DNA of 64,000 nt from NCBI GenBank assembly GCA_963514005.1, contig OY740803.1, positions 29,698,001-29,762,000 of the forward strand, given 5' to 3'. The first letter of the stretch is position 1. The number at the start of each line of letters is the position of its first letter. Origin of the DNA: Raja brachyura (taxonomy: Eukaryota). Below the pieces are notes generated by a model, which worked only from the letters and a program-made list of their open reading frames with translations, was not told the origin of the DNA and did not search any database. The position numbers and the translations under genes are program-made. Shown piece by piece: positions 14,915-26,676 of this stretch.

Positions 14915-15290
14915 ATTCAACAGTACTGCACAGCAACAGGCCCTTTGACCTACAATATGAACATGTACTGCACAACAGCTCTGTGCCCGACATGATACTA
15001 AGATCAATTCTTATCTGCCTGCACATGATCCATATCCCTGCACTCTATGCATATCCATATGCGTATCTAAAAGTCTTTTAAATACCACTATTGTAACGAT
15101 CTCCACCACCAGTCTCAAGATTCACTATCCTCTGTGTAAATATACTTGTCCCATGCATCTCCTTTAAAGTTAGCCTCTCGCACCTTAAAGCTATACCCTC
15201 TAGTATTGGATATTTCCAACCTCGGAAAAAGTTTCTGACCGTCTACCCTTTCAATCCTTCTCATAATTTAATATATCTCTGTCAGGTCAC
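14915..15290 (-). mobile_element. CR1 LINE 3' fragment
   Basis: Reverse-complement CR1 3' motifs (caacaggccctt, caccttaaagctataccctctagt, ttctcataattt). Confidence 0.7.
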
Positions 15291-15503
15291 TTTCTGAATT
15301 TCTTACCTTATTAATTCTGGACTTATCATAACACATAACTGTGGTAAATTAAGCATATTTTGCACATTCACTTAATACTTTTACTTGATTTTATTACCCA
15401 AGACTTTCCTTCAATTGTCAGATCAGCTCAAGGGGGTAATTAAATCTACTGAGATTTCATCCAACTGCTTGAGTATTTCAATTTGACCCAGTAAGATGTA
15501 TTA

Positions 15504-17598
15504 TAGCAACATAGAAACATAGAAAATAGGTGCAGGAGGTGGCCATTCGGCCCTTCGAGCCAGTACCGCCATTCATTGTAATCAAGGCTGATCGTTCCCA
15601 AACAATAACCCGTGCCTGCCTTCTCCCCATATCCCTTGATTCCACTAGCTCCTAGAGCTCTATCTAACTCTCTCTTAAATCCATCCAGTGACTTGGCTTC
15701 CACTGCCCTCTGTGGCTGGAAATTCCACAAATTCACAACACTTTGGGTGAAAATGTTTTTTCTCACCTCAGTCTTAAATGGCCTCCCCTTTATTCTAAGA
15801 CTGTGGCCCCTGGTTCTGGACTCGCCCAACATTGGGAAAACAATTCCTGCATCTAGCTTGTCAAGTCCTTGTATAATTTTCTATGTTTCTATAAGATTCC
15901 CCCTCATCCTTCTAAACTCCAGTGTATACAAGCCTAGTCTTTTCAATCTTTCCTCATATGACAGTCCCGCCATCCCAGGGATCAATCTCGTGAACCTACC
16001 CTGCACTGCCTCAATCATAAGGATGTCCTTCCACAAATTAGGAGGCCAAAACTGTACACAATACCCCAGATGTGGTCTCACCAGAGCCCTATACAACTGC
16101 AGAAGAACCTCTTTACTCCTATACTGAAATCCTCTTGTTATGAAGGCCAACATTCCATTAGCTTTCTTCACTGCCTGCTGTACCTGCACGTCAACTTTCA
16201 GTGACTGGTGCACAAGGATGCCCAAGTCTCGCTGCACCTCCCCCTTATCTAATGGAACCCCATTGAGATAATAATCTGCCGCCTTGTTTTTGCCGCCAAA
16301 GTGGATAACCTCAGATTTATCTATATTATACTGCATCTGCCACGCATCTGCCCACTCACTCAACCTGTCCAGGTCACTCTGCAACCTCCTAACATCCTCT
16401 TCGCAGTTCACACAGTCACCCAGCTTTGTGCCATCCGCAAACCTGCTAGTGTTGCTCCTAATTACCTCTTCCAAATCTTTAATACACATGGTAAACAGTT
16501 GCGGCCCCAACACCGAGCCTTGCGGCACTCTACTCGCCACTGTCTGCCATTCTGAAAAGGACCCGTTCACTCCTACTCTTTGCTTCCTGTCTGCCAACCA
16601 ATTTTCTATCCATGTCAACACCCTACCCCCAATAACATGTGCTCTAATTTTAGTCACAAGTCTCTGGTGCGGGACCTTAACAAAGGCTTTCTGAAAGTCT
16701 AGATACACTACATCCACTGGCACCCCTTCATCCATTTTACTTATCACATCCTCAAAAATTCCAGAAGATTAGTCAAGCATGATTTCCCTTTCATAAATCC
16801 ATGTTGACATGAACTAATCATTTTACTGCTATCCAAATGCCCCAAAATTACCTCTTTAATAATTGACTCCAGCATCTTTCCCACCACCGAAGCCAGGCTA
16901 ACTGGTTTGTAATTCCCCATTTTCTCTCTTGCTCCTTTCTTGAAAAGTGGGATAACAATAACTATCCTCCAATCCACAGGCACTTATCCTGAATCTATTG
17001 AACGTTGGAAAATGATCACCAATGCGTCCACTATTTCTAGAGCCACCTCCCTGAGGACCCTGGGATGCAGACCATCAGGCCCAGTGGATTTATCATCCTT
17101 CCATCCCATTAGCCTACCCAATACTATTTCTCGCATAATGAAAATTTCTTTCCGTTCCTCTACCCCCTTAGATCCTCTGTCCTCCATCTAGGAGATTGTT
17201 TGTGTCTTCCTTTATGAAGGCGGATCCGAAGTACCTGTTCAACTCTTCTGCCATTTCCTTGTTACCCATAATAATTTCACCCATGTCTGCCTTCAAGGGA
17301 CCCATATTTGACTTTGCTACTCTTTTTCCCTTAACATATCTAAATAAGCTTTTACTGTCCTTCTTTATATTCCTGGCCAGCTTCCCCTCGTACTTCACCT
17401 TTTCAGCCCGTATTGCCCGTTTTGTTTCCTTCTGTTGTCCTATGAAAGTTTTGCCAATCCTCTGGCTTCCGGCTACTCTTTGCTAAGTTATACATCTTTT
17501 CTTTTCATTTTATTCTATCTCTAACTTCTCTTGTCAGCCATGGTTGCCTCTTACTCCTCTTAGAATCTTTCTTCCTTTTTGGAATGAAATGATCCTGC
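15504..17598 (-). mobile_element. 5'-truncated CR1-clade LINE (HER1-like) with disrupted reverse transcriptase
   Basis: ORFs 17168-17398, 16984-17187, 16744-16983, 15881-16747 and 15446-15832 are consecutive pieces of CR1 ORF2 (GPDGLHPRVL, QHGFMKGKSCLTNL, VYLDFQKAF, VPQGSVLGP, FADGTKL, TRGHSLRI) broken by stops and frameshifts; 3' end in (TTCTATGT)n-like tail near 15505. Confidence 0.95.
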
Positions 17599-18316
17599 TG
17601 GAACTGATTCCAGGCTGGTGTACAGATGTCCTTGATACATCAATATTTAAGCTCCTATTATTACTTTTGTACAGAACCAATTTCTGGGTATTTGAGCACT
17701 GACTGTCAGATCAACTCCTGGTCAGCCTATGAATAAGACAAGAGAGACTGATCCCCAGTGGGTGTCTGACATACAATAGCAGAGCAGATTCGAAGGGCTG
17801 CATGGCCTACTCTTGTCCACTTCTTTATGTCCTTATATAACCATTGGATGACTGCCAATTACTGTTTGGTGTATAGCATTGAAAAGCCACTGATTTCCTG
17901 TCAAGCATAAACACTGAATAAAACTGATTCCAGGCTGGTGTACAGATTCAAAGGAAGGCTAACATCTGGTTGCTATAGGAACAATTATTATCTTTGGGCA
18001 GTCATCAATGGCATGTTCAGTTAAACATGCACTCATCAGCCCAACCTACGACGAACCTTGACTTCTTTCAAGTATAAGTAGCATTTATTATAACTATATC
18101 ACCTTTCCTTTAATTGATAACAAACTGATTGAGAATGGGTAGTCCTTCACAGTATTTGTGATCCTTTGCCAATCAAGTAGTCAAATCATTCTATAAGCTC
18201 AATACTATAGGCATGTCACCGTGCAGTCATTTGCTGAGATTGGAGTACGGTAATCACCGTTGCTCCTGATTCCATTAACCATTGTTTCATCTCTCCTTAG
18301 CTCAACCTTACATGTG

Positions 18317-18613
18317 TTTACTTTAGATTTGACTTTAGCGATACAGCGTGGAAACAGGCCCTTCGGCCCACCGAGCCTGCGCCGACCAGAGATTACTTCA
18401 TACACTAGCACTATCCTACACACTGGGGACAATTTACAATTTACAGAAACCCATCAACCTACAAACCTGTAAATCTTAGGAGTGTGGGAGGAAACCAAAG
18501 AAAACCCATGCGGTCACAGGGAGTACTTGCAAACTCGATACAGACGGCATCCGTAGACAGGATCGAACCCAGGTCTCAGGCATCATCAGACAGCAACTCT
18601 GCCGCTGTGCCAT
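18317..18613 (-). mobile_element. tRNA-derived V-domain SINE (HE1-like)
   Basis: Reverse complement of the SINE at 35419; B box GGTTCGATCC on the minus strand; CR1-like 3' tail. Confidence 0.85.
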
Positions 18614-18630
18614 CCATGTCATGTTTAGAG

Positions 18631-18919
18631 TAGCACAGTGGCGCAGCTGGTAGAGCTGCTGCCTCACGGCACCAGAGATCTCGGGTGTGGAGTTTGTATG
18701 TTCTCCCTGTAACCACGTGGGTTTCCTTTGGGTGCTCCAGTTTCCTCCCACATCCCAAAGATGTGTGGGGTTGTTCGTTAATTGGGCTCTGTAAAATTAC
18801 CCTTTGTGTGTAGGGGGTGGATGCGAGAATGGGATTACATACAACTAGTATGAAAGAATGATTGCTGATTTGGCATGGACTTGGCCTCTTTCCACGCTGT
18901 GTCTCTCTAAACTCTAAAC
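18631..18919 (+). mobile_element. tRNA-derived V-domain SINE (HE1-like) with B-box deletion
   Basis: Head tggcgcagctggtagagc, V-domain gtggagtttgtatgttctccctgtaaccacgtgggttt, tail tttccacgctgtgtctctctaaac. Confidence 0.85.
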
Positions 18920-20299
18920 AGCACCCTAAAGGCGATATTAAAAGCTCCTTTACAACGAGAAAGTCTTACTCTGCAATATGTTGTTTCATGTGGCAAATCT
19001 TGTTTGTTATATTTTCCCTTAAAACCAGAATACTTCAAGGTAAATTAGTCAACCTCTTGAACGATACAATAAAATGACAGAGCCGGTCAAGGCAAATTAT
19101 TCACTGTATCGTTGCCTTTCTGACAAAAGTGACCGCAATCCATTGGTTGTAAAGTGCTTTGGGATGACATTCTAAGTGCTGTATAAAAACAAGTTGGTTC
19201 TTGAATAAGGCTTTAAATTCCAGGAGAAAGAAGTTAAAAAGGTAAAAAGTAAGGAGTTTGTTGGAGAATCAGGGATAAACATTTTTATCTGAAGAGGAAA
19301 GGAATTAGACATGATTCTGGCCAGAGAATGTGGTTACAGGATCAAAATTTATCAACGTGGAATCTCTTTGGCAATCTTCAATGCCGAAAAATGTGTTTGT
19401 TCTTATTTTAGCACGAAGGTTTTGCCCAACAGGGCGTTTGATTTGCATATGAAATCACGTAGAAACAGCTGCATTTGGAAATTAGAAAAATATTAGAAAA
19501 ATTAAACCAAATTGATTTTATCAAAAATTACAGTGGGCTAGAAACCGGCTTTTCGGCCCCTGGGCCTCAGTTTAAATCTACCTCAGATTTATGGGACGTA
19601 AATACCTGCTAACCATAAATATCCCTTTTCGGGGGCCGTGTTACCTAAATTTGGCTCCAACTATTAATGCTCCTCAGGCAATGATTATGTGCGGTAAATC
19701 AAGCCAAATGTCGTAGTCATGCAGTCTGGAGCTTTTGAGAGACTGGGGTTGCCTAGGCTGAATTTTGGTTTAATTTTTAATATGAACAATGGGTTCCTGA
19801 AATAGTTTGCAACAAGGGAAAACTCTACTAAACACAAAGATAATGCACTGAAACAGCTTGATGTTTAACTGAAGAAGAACAGTAAACTAAGACCAAATAG
19901 TGAACAATGATAACGCACCAAGAAACTTTTCATTACCTTTGCTCTGAACAAAAGTGAAGCTTTCTCTAGTCCCAGCTGATTGTTCAGATGCTCTTTGTTT
20001 TAATTGTTATTAATTTCCTCCACGTAGTGTACATGCAAATGCATCCATGCTCCGTTAGCCATGTGTGTACAATAAATCAATGCGGGAAAGTTGACCTTTG
20101 GATGAGTGATAGGCTGTTCTGGTGTTGCGAAATATTCTGTATGTCAGCCAAATGGGATTCAATTCCTGCACAAATGTGTATTGTGTTCCATCCAACTGGA
20201 ACATCCCTTATTACTTTCTTTGGGGGAAAACTCCACTCAAGCAGCTGTTTCTTTGTACCCTGCCCAAATAATTGCTTTGTTGTTGGAAAGCTTGGTTGA

Positions 20300-21665
20300 G
20301 ATTGGAAACCCAGAAGAGTGTTTATTTATCATATGTACCAATAACAGAACAATGAAAACCTTATTTGCTGCAGCTTAACAGTTCCAGAAATGCAATAAAA
20401 CGCTCATTTATAATAATCAAAATGACAATAAACTATTAACTGTAATACTAGGTAACCATAATAGTGTAAAAACTGAAAACCACAATGCAAATGAAGATGC
20501 AGTCCATCGAAGATCATAGTAGTCGAGGTCAATGTTGTGATGTGTTCAAGAGCCACACAGTTGCTAAGGATAGACACAAAAAGCTGGAGTAATTCAGCGG
20601 GTCAGACAACATCTCTGGAAAAAAGGAATAGGTGACGTTTTGAATCGAGACCCTTCCTCAGACTGTAGGAGCTGTTCTGGAACCAGCCAGTCACGGTTTC
20701 TCAGGTTTGTGTGCATGCTTCTTTTTTGTAGTAGCAAAACAAGAGCTTGGTCAGGGTGAAGTGGTTCTTTGATGATTTTGGCTGCCTATTTGAGGCAGCA
20801 CCTCCTATAGAATTATTTGATGATTTGAAGGTCAGTACCTATGATGGATCGGTCAGTGTCTACTACTCTCTGCAGTCTCCTTCATTCCTGGGTGTGGGTG
20901 TTGCTGAATCGGGCCATGCTGCAAACAGTCAGTAGGTTCTCCACCATACACCTGTGGAAGCTCCATAGAATATTTGTTGACATACTGAATCACCTCAATT
21001 TTCAATGAAAGTAGAGGTGTTGATGAGCTTTCTTTGGGATTGCATTGATGTGCTAGGCCCAGGGTATATCTTCAGAGATATGCATACCCAGATACTCGAA
21101 CCTGTTGACTGTTTCCACCACCGTCCCATCGATAAGTTACTTATCGTCCCACCGACAACTTCATGGATCCTTGGCTTTCCCCTCCTGTAGCCACCACTCA
21201 GCTCCTTAGTCTTGCTAACGTTAAGAGCAAAATTGTTGTTCAGGCACCATTCCATCATATTTGCAATCTCTACTCTGACTCATCTTCTACTTGTTATTCA
21301 CGCAGCAACAGAGGTGTTGTTGGCAAATTTAAATATGGTCTTGGAACTGTGACTGGCTATACAGTCATGTGTACAAATAAGGTAGGCCAGGGGACAGAGC
21401 ATAAAGGTGCTGGAGCCTGGAGGTGCTCCTGTGTTGATGGTTATCAAGGAAGTGTTGTTGCCTATTCGTACTGATTGTCATCTGTCAATGAGGAAATCAA
21501 CTTCAATTAATTACATAAGGATGAGCAAAGACTCAGTCTTTAAGTTTGATGATAAATTTGGAGGAGAAGATGGATTGAATGCCAAACTGTAGTTGAACAA
21601 CAGCAGGACCTATGTATTCCTATTGTCCCGGTGGTCCAGTGCAGAATGGAGAGCCAGCAAGATTG
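20300..21665 (-). mobile_element. Decayed Rex1/Babar-like LINE fragment (RT C-terminus and 3' end), interrupted by a Penelope-type repeat
   Basis: ORF 20995-21258 begins WCLNNNFALNVSKTKEL, the W-C-x-x-N-x-L-x-L-N-x-x-K-T-K-E motif typical of Rex/Babar RTs; related 3' ends recur at ~2050-2520, 47300-47740 and 61780-62225. Confidence 0.7.
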
Positions 21666-24600
21666 TTCTTTGTTAGAGCAAGAAAACATTTAACTCCACT
21701 CTAGCAGAAGAGTGCGGGTTTGGCTCTTTACACAGGCACATCAGCAGCATATCAAGGATTACGATTCGTGAGTTGTCACAGATCTGGAAAATCTCTTGCA
21801 AAACACTAAGTGCTGGAATAACTCCGTGTCAGGCAGCATCTGTGGAAGGAACGAATGATGACATTTCAAATTGGGACTCTTATTAATCCGAAGAAGGGTC
21901 TCAACATGAAATGTCACCTTTTCATTCCCTCCACAGATGCTGCCAAACCCACTCCAATACTTTATATTTTTGCTCAAATATGCATGTACTCTACATATAT
22001 TTCGCTTATATTCTGCAACTAGTTCCTTGTGTCTCCTCTGGAAAATCGCTATCAGTGTAAAGCTTGCATATTCTGATTTTACCAGCTGCCTTTATCTCTC
22101 GCGCAAAGTAGACCGTGTTCATTATTCTCAAAATGATTCATTTTGTTGCAGAAGTCAACATGACATAAAATGCTCTTGTCATTGATCCACCATCTCCAGT
22201 CTAATGTGGCAGTATTCATAGTCTAAACAAAAGAACCCAATACAGACCTTTGTGTTATTATTCAAAATTTGAAATATGATGGGTTTTAAAATCTCAAGAA
22301 CATATGAAAAGGAACAAACAAGACAATCGGTCCCTCAAGACTGCACAAACATTCAATGAGATCATGGCTAATCCAATATTGGCCTTCCACCACTTTCCCA
22401 TTCTCTCCCAATCCGACTCAATTAAATGTCTGTCAATCTCCAACGAAAATATTCCATGAATCTGCCCCCACACCTCTCTAGGGTAGTAAGATTGAGGTTC
22501 CCCTGTGACTTTCATCACTGTCTGAAACTGGGCCATCCCTATTTTAAAGGTAAGCCACCTAGTTTTAGATCCCCCCCCCCCCCCAATCATGGAAACCATT
22601 CTCTCAGCGTCCACCCTGTAGTTTCCCCCCACACCCTATATGTTCCCCTCCAACCTCTTGTTGGGCATGTAGTCTTTGTTGGGCAAACTCTTTTCATTTA
22701 TCAACCCTTCAATTCCATCTAATACTGCTTTTGAAGCCTTTATTGAATGAGTTTGAAAGCCAGGGTACTCAACAGACCATAAGTGTCAATTCAAAAGATA
22801 ATTTGTTATCATATTAAGCAGAACATCACCTCCTCTCCATTCATTTAAAAACGAACAAATCACTTTCAAGCTGGGCAAGGGGAAAGCCCTGTATTCAGCG
22901 CCACCTCTTATTAAATAACCTGGAAATTCATATGGATATGACTATCTTTGGGTCTACATTTCTGCCCAGTTTCAATCATGTATCCTGAACTCAACGTTAT
23001 GTCGTGCCTGGCTGTGCTGGCATCAATATCACCCCATCAGAATGTCGAACACACAAAGGTTACATAAACGTTATACAATTCATATTGCGGAATGGGCATT
23101 CTGAATCACTACCGAGGCCATTCTCACACAACATTTGTTTAATTGTAACCACATGTCAGCAGTTTTCAAAATGTTTAGTCCTGCTCACGGACTAAAAGCT
23201 GAAAGTTTATGAACAGAGTTTTTGTTCAGACTGCTACCAAATAATCAAGAACACTCTCTTGGCTTTTTAATGCTCAATAATGCAGTATGTTTGTGTTTGA
23301 CAATGTAATTTGGTTGAAGTCATTTTTAAAGAGTTATCTGTCCTGAAGGCTTTTGATCCTCCCTGCTTCTCATTTTAGATTTTAAAATGTTATGCCCAGC
23401 AATGGGGTAGCTTGGCACATCTTTTTAGATTCAAAAAATGATCTTAACCAGTGTTGATCATATTAGCCATCAATTCAAAGGTGAAATTGCAGCCTTTGTG
23501 AAGTTGGGCGAGATGCGTCATCCACACAAACTTATATAACATCAGTGGAACCACAGATATACTTGAAATGGCATTACATTGTTGTCACAGCATCTTTGAC
23601 CCCTCGTCAGAATAAGATTGGAGCTCTGTCATCAGGAGAATGATTATCTTAAAGAGAAGGTACTTGGCCACTGAGGTGGGAAACAAAGGGTCTGTTCTGA
23701 TTTGGAATGAAAGTAAGAAATGCAGATGCTGGAAATCGGAGACAAAATCAGAAAATGCAGGAAGAACTAGGTCGAAGAACCACATGGAGAACTAACATCT
23801 GGTCAAGGGCCTTCAATCTTAAATGTTAACTCTGTTTCTCATTCCACTGATGCTGGCTGACTTGCTAAGTGTTTGTAGAATCTTCTGGTCATATTTCCAT
23901 TCTGACTTTCCTATTTTGATCAGAAATCTGTGGACACTTATCTCGTGGTCACACTGTTTCATGTTCCTTCTTTTCTTGCAGCTTTTTGTTTGATATGTTC
24001 TTGCCTTGGTGAACATCAGTTTCCATGGAGTGGGGCTACTTGGGAGTTTAATGATATTGAGTCTACACCTTGTAGAGTCCTAAGCTTAAGTCAAGATGTG
24101 AAGCACTATCAGTTGTAAATATCTCTAGTACTCTCCTCTGAGGAGAGAATACTGCATCAACCTATATTTCAAAGACTGGTTTACTTTGTTATCTTAGTCT
24201 CTTTTCCGAATGTGTTTAGCTGTCATTAATCACTATTTTGAACGGTGGGTCGTCCCATCCCCCTCAACCAAGGAGGAGATACTTCCAGCTTATGAAGCAG
24301 CTAATGTAAAGTTATACTTTTAAAGCAAGCACGTTTAATTCCGAAATATTTCTACAGAGGTTATAATTTACAAAGGATTTCCAAACCACAGGTACAATGT
24401 TTACAATAATGGGAAATTGCAATGAGATATAAACGAACAACGCGAGGACAGAGGCTGTTTCTTTTCTGACTGCCTGTACTATATCCTAACATTTATACTC
24501 TTTTTCTACCAGTTGACATTATCTGTATGTGATGATTACATTGACCAGGCCAACTGGAAGGCTTGACTTCATCAAGTCAATGTGGGACTTATTTTTTGTT

Positions 24601-25004
24601 TACTAACATCCATACCTTGATAAGTATGGTACTTTTGATCAGTTTGTGGGTCAGAAGGGTCACAATCTTAAGACCAGCATTATCAATATTGTTCCATTGA
24701 TATTGTCAAGATGTTGGGCAAAGTGTACTAGGTTTATCTTAATCTGGCTTTTGCATCTATGAGGTCGGCAATAAACCTTTTGGACCAGGATAGTGAATAT
24801 CCTTCACAGGAGCTACAAGAGTGGACCACAATCAGTCCTCAGATATCCTACCTCAGATATCCTACCTCTACAAGAGTGTCAATCAGTCCTCAGATATCCT
24901 ACCTTTCTGTCCCCATAGAATCTTTCATTTCCATACAACCTGTTAGGCAGCATGTCTGTGAAGAACCTGGAGAGAGTCTTTTAACATGAAGGTGTGATTG
25001 TACT

Positions 25005-25460
25005 GGCGAGAGTTCAGAGGAGAATCTGCAGGCTGCCACTTGAAATGGAGAGCATTAGTTATGGAGAGAGACTGGACAGGTTGGGCTTGTATGCCCTAGA
25101 ATGAAGGAGGCTGAGGAGTGATCTCATAGAAATATATAAGATTGTAAGAGGCATTGATAAGATAGAAAGTCAAAATACTTTCCCCAGTGTATGGAGGAAC
25201 AGGAGGGCATAGATTTAAGATGAGAAGAAGGAGTTTTAAAGGGGATCTGAGGGGTAAGTTTTTTGAGACAGTGGTTGATATCTGAGTGCTTCCAGAGGTT
25301 GGAGTGGAAATCGAATATAAATGATTACGTTTACGAGGCATTTAGACTGGCACTTAAATAGGTACGGGAGAAAGGGATTGGTTTAGATGGCATTAAGGTT
25401 GGCATGGATGTGGTGGTACATGGGGGCCATTTTGGTATAGGACCACTGTGACTCTATAAC
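25005..25460 (+). mobile_element. CR1 LINE 3' fragment
   Basis: ggctgaggagtgatctcatagaaatatataagatt and gagggcatagatttaagatgag match the other CR1 3' copies. Confidence 0.8.
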
Positions 25461-26204
25461 TTCTGGTAAAGTTTCCTGGGCACGGCTCAGCAAAGACATG
25501 GCAGAGGTTGAGGGGTGGGAGGGATCCTGGCCCAGTTTTAGCGAGGTGGAATTATTTACTTTCTCATTTTATATCTGAATTTTCTCTTTCAATCTCATTG
25601 CCAAATTCTATTTAGCCACTTGAAAGTGTATTTATTCTTTACTAAAGAACCATCCAACCTTCCATCTAAGATATAATCATTTTCTTTTCATGGAAATCTG
25701 TTCCATATATTTGCGATTAGAGATGGAGAAAAGTAATCTTCAGATAGTCTCTGGTGCCTGTCGAACCTTAATATTTATAAAGAAATAAAAGTATTTCTTC
25801 ACCTTCTTACTGCCAGGAACTGTATATGATTTGTAGTCAGCGAGAGTTATTTATAGGCAAAGCATCTAGCTTTTAACATACACATGCTGATGTGATTTCT
25901 GTCTATGATTTTGTGGTAATATTTGTGAAGGTGAAGGTATTCTAGTTCTGAAAGAAATGCAGTATGCAAGATGTTAATTTGTTTTGTTTCTTTTTGGTCT
26001 GTAAAGCATCTAAACACCAAGAAACCACTGCCCTCTAAGAGTTTCCAAAGCAAGCAACTGAAATAAGCCTATAGTTGCAGGATTGCTGTTTACATTATTT
26101 TCTGTACACATAATCTTTCGACGAGGCTTGATCTTGTTAATGTGGAGACATATTTACAAAAATTAATACGGCAAATGCTGGAAATACAAAATGACACATT
26201 GACA

Positions 26205-26450
26205 AATTTGAGGGTTGATATTATAGAGGTGTATAAAATCATGAGAGGAACAGATAGGAGGAATGCATCGTTTTTTCTTCCCAATGTAGGGTAATAAAGA
26301 ACATAGTTTTAAATTGAGAAGGGAAAGATTTGGTAGGAATGTGAGGGGCAACATTTTCACCCAAAGGGTGGTGGGTATATTGAGCAAGCTGTCAGAAGAA
26401 TTGGTTGAGGCGGGTAACATTTAAAACACATTTGGACAGGTTCATTAATA
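26205..26450 (+). mobile_element. CR1 LINE 3' fragment
   Basis: tatagaggtgtataaaatcatgagagg, ttttcacccaaagggtggtgggtatat. Confidence 0.75.
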
Positions 26451-26475
26451 GGTTAATACATGTGATTCAAAGGAT

Positions 26476-26676
26476 GTGTAGGAAGAAACTGCAGATGCTG
26501 ATTTAAATCAAAGGTAGACACAAAACTCAGCGGGTCAGGCAGCATCTCTGGAGAGAAGGAATGGGTGACGTTTCGGGTCGAGTCTGAAGAAGGGTCTTGA
26601 CCCAAAACGTCACCCCTTCCTTCTCTCCAGAGATGCTGCTTGACCCGCTGAGTTACTCCAGCATTTTGTGTCTACC
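26476..26676. mobile_element. Fold-back (inverted) pair of the Penelope-like repeat
   Basis: Minus copy joined directly to a plus copy; 15-bp TSD tgtgattcaaa(g/a)gat at 26461 and 26677. Confidence 0.8.

Noticed and set aside
15881-16747. 288-aa reverse transcriptase ORF as an active gene
   Set aside because: Piece of a truncated CR1 with flanking stops and frameshifts; catalytic FADD is mutated to FADG.
24830-24905. Short local duplications (cctcagatatccta repeats; also a 24-bp duplication at ~54556-54597)
   Set aside because: Ordinary slippage or repair duplications with no further structure.
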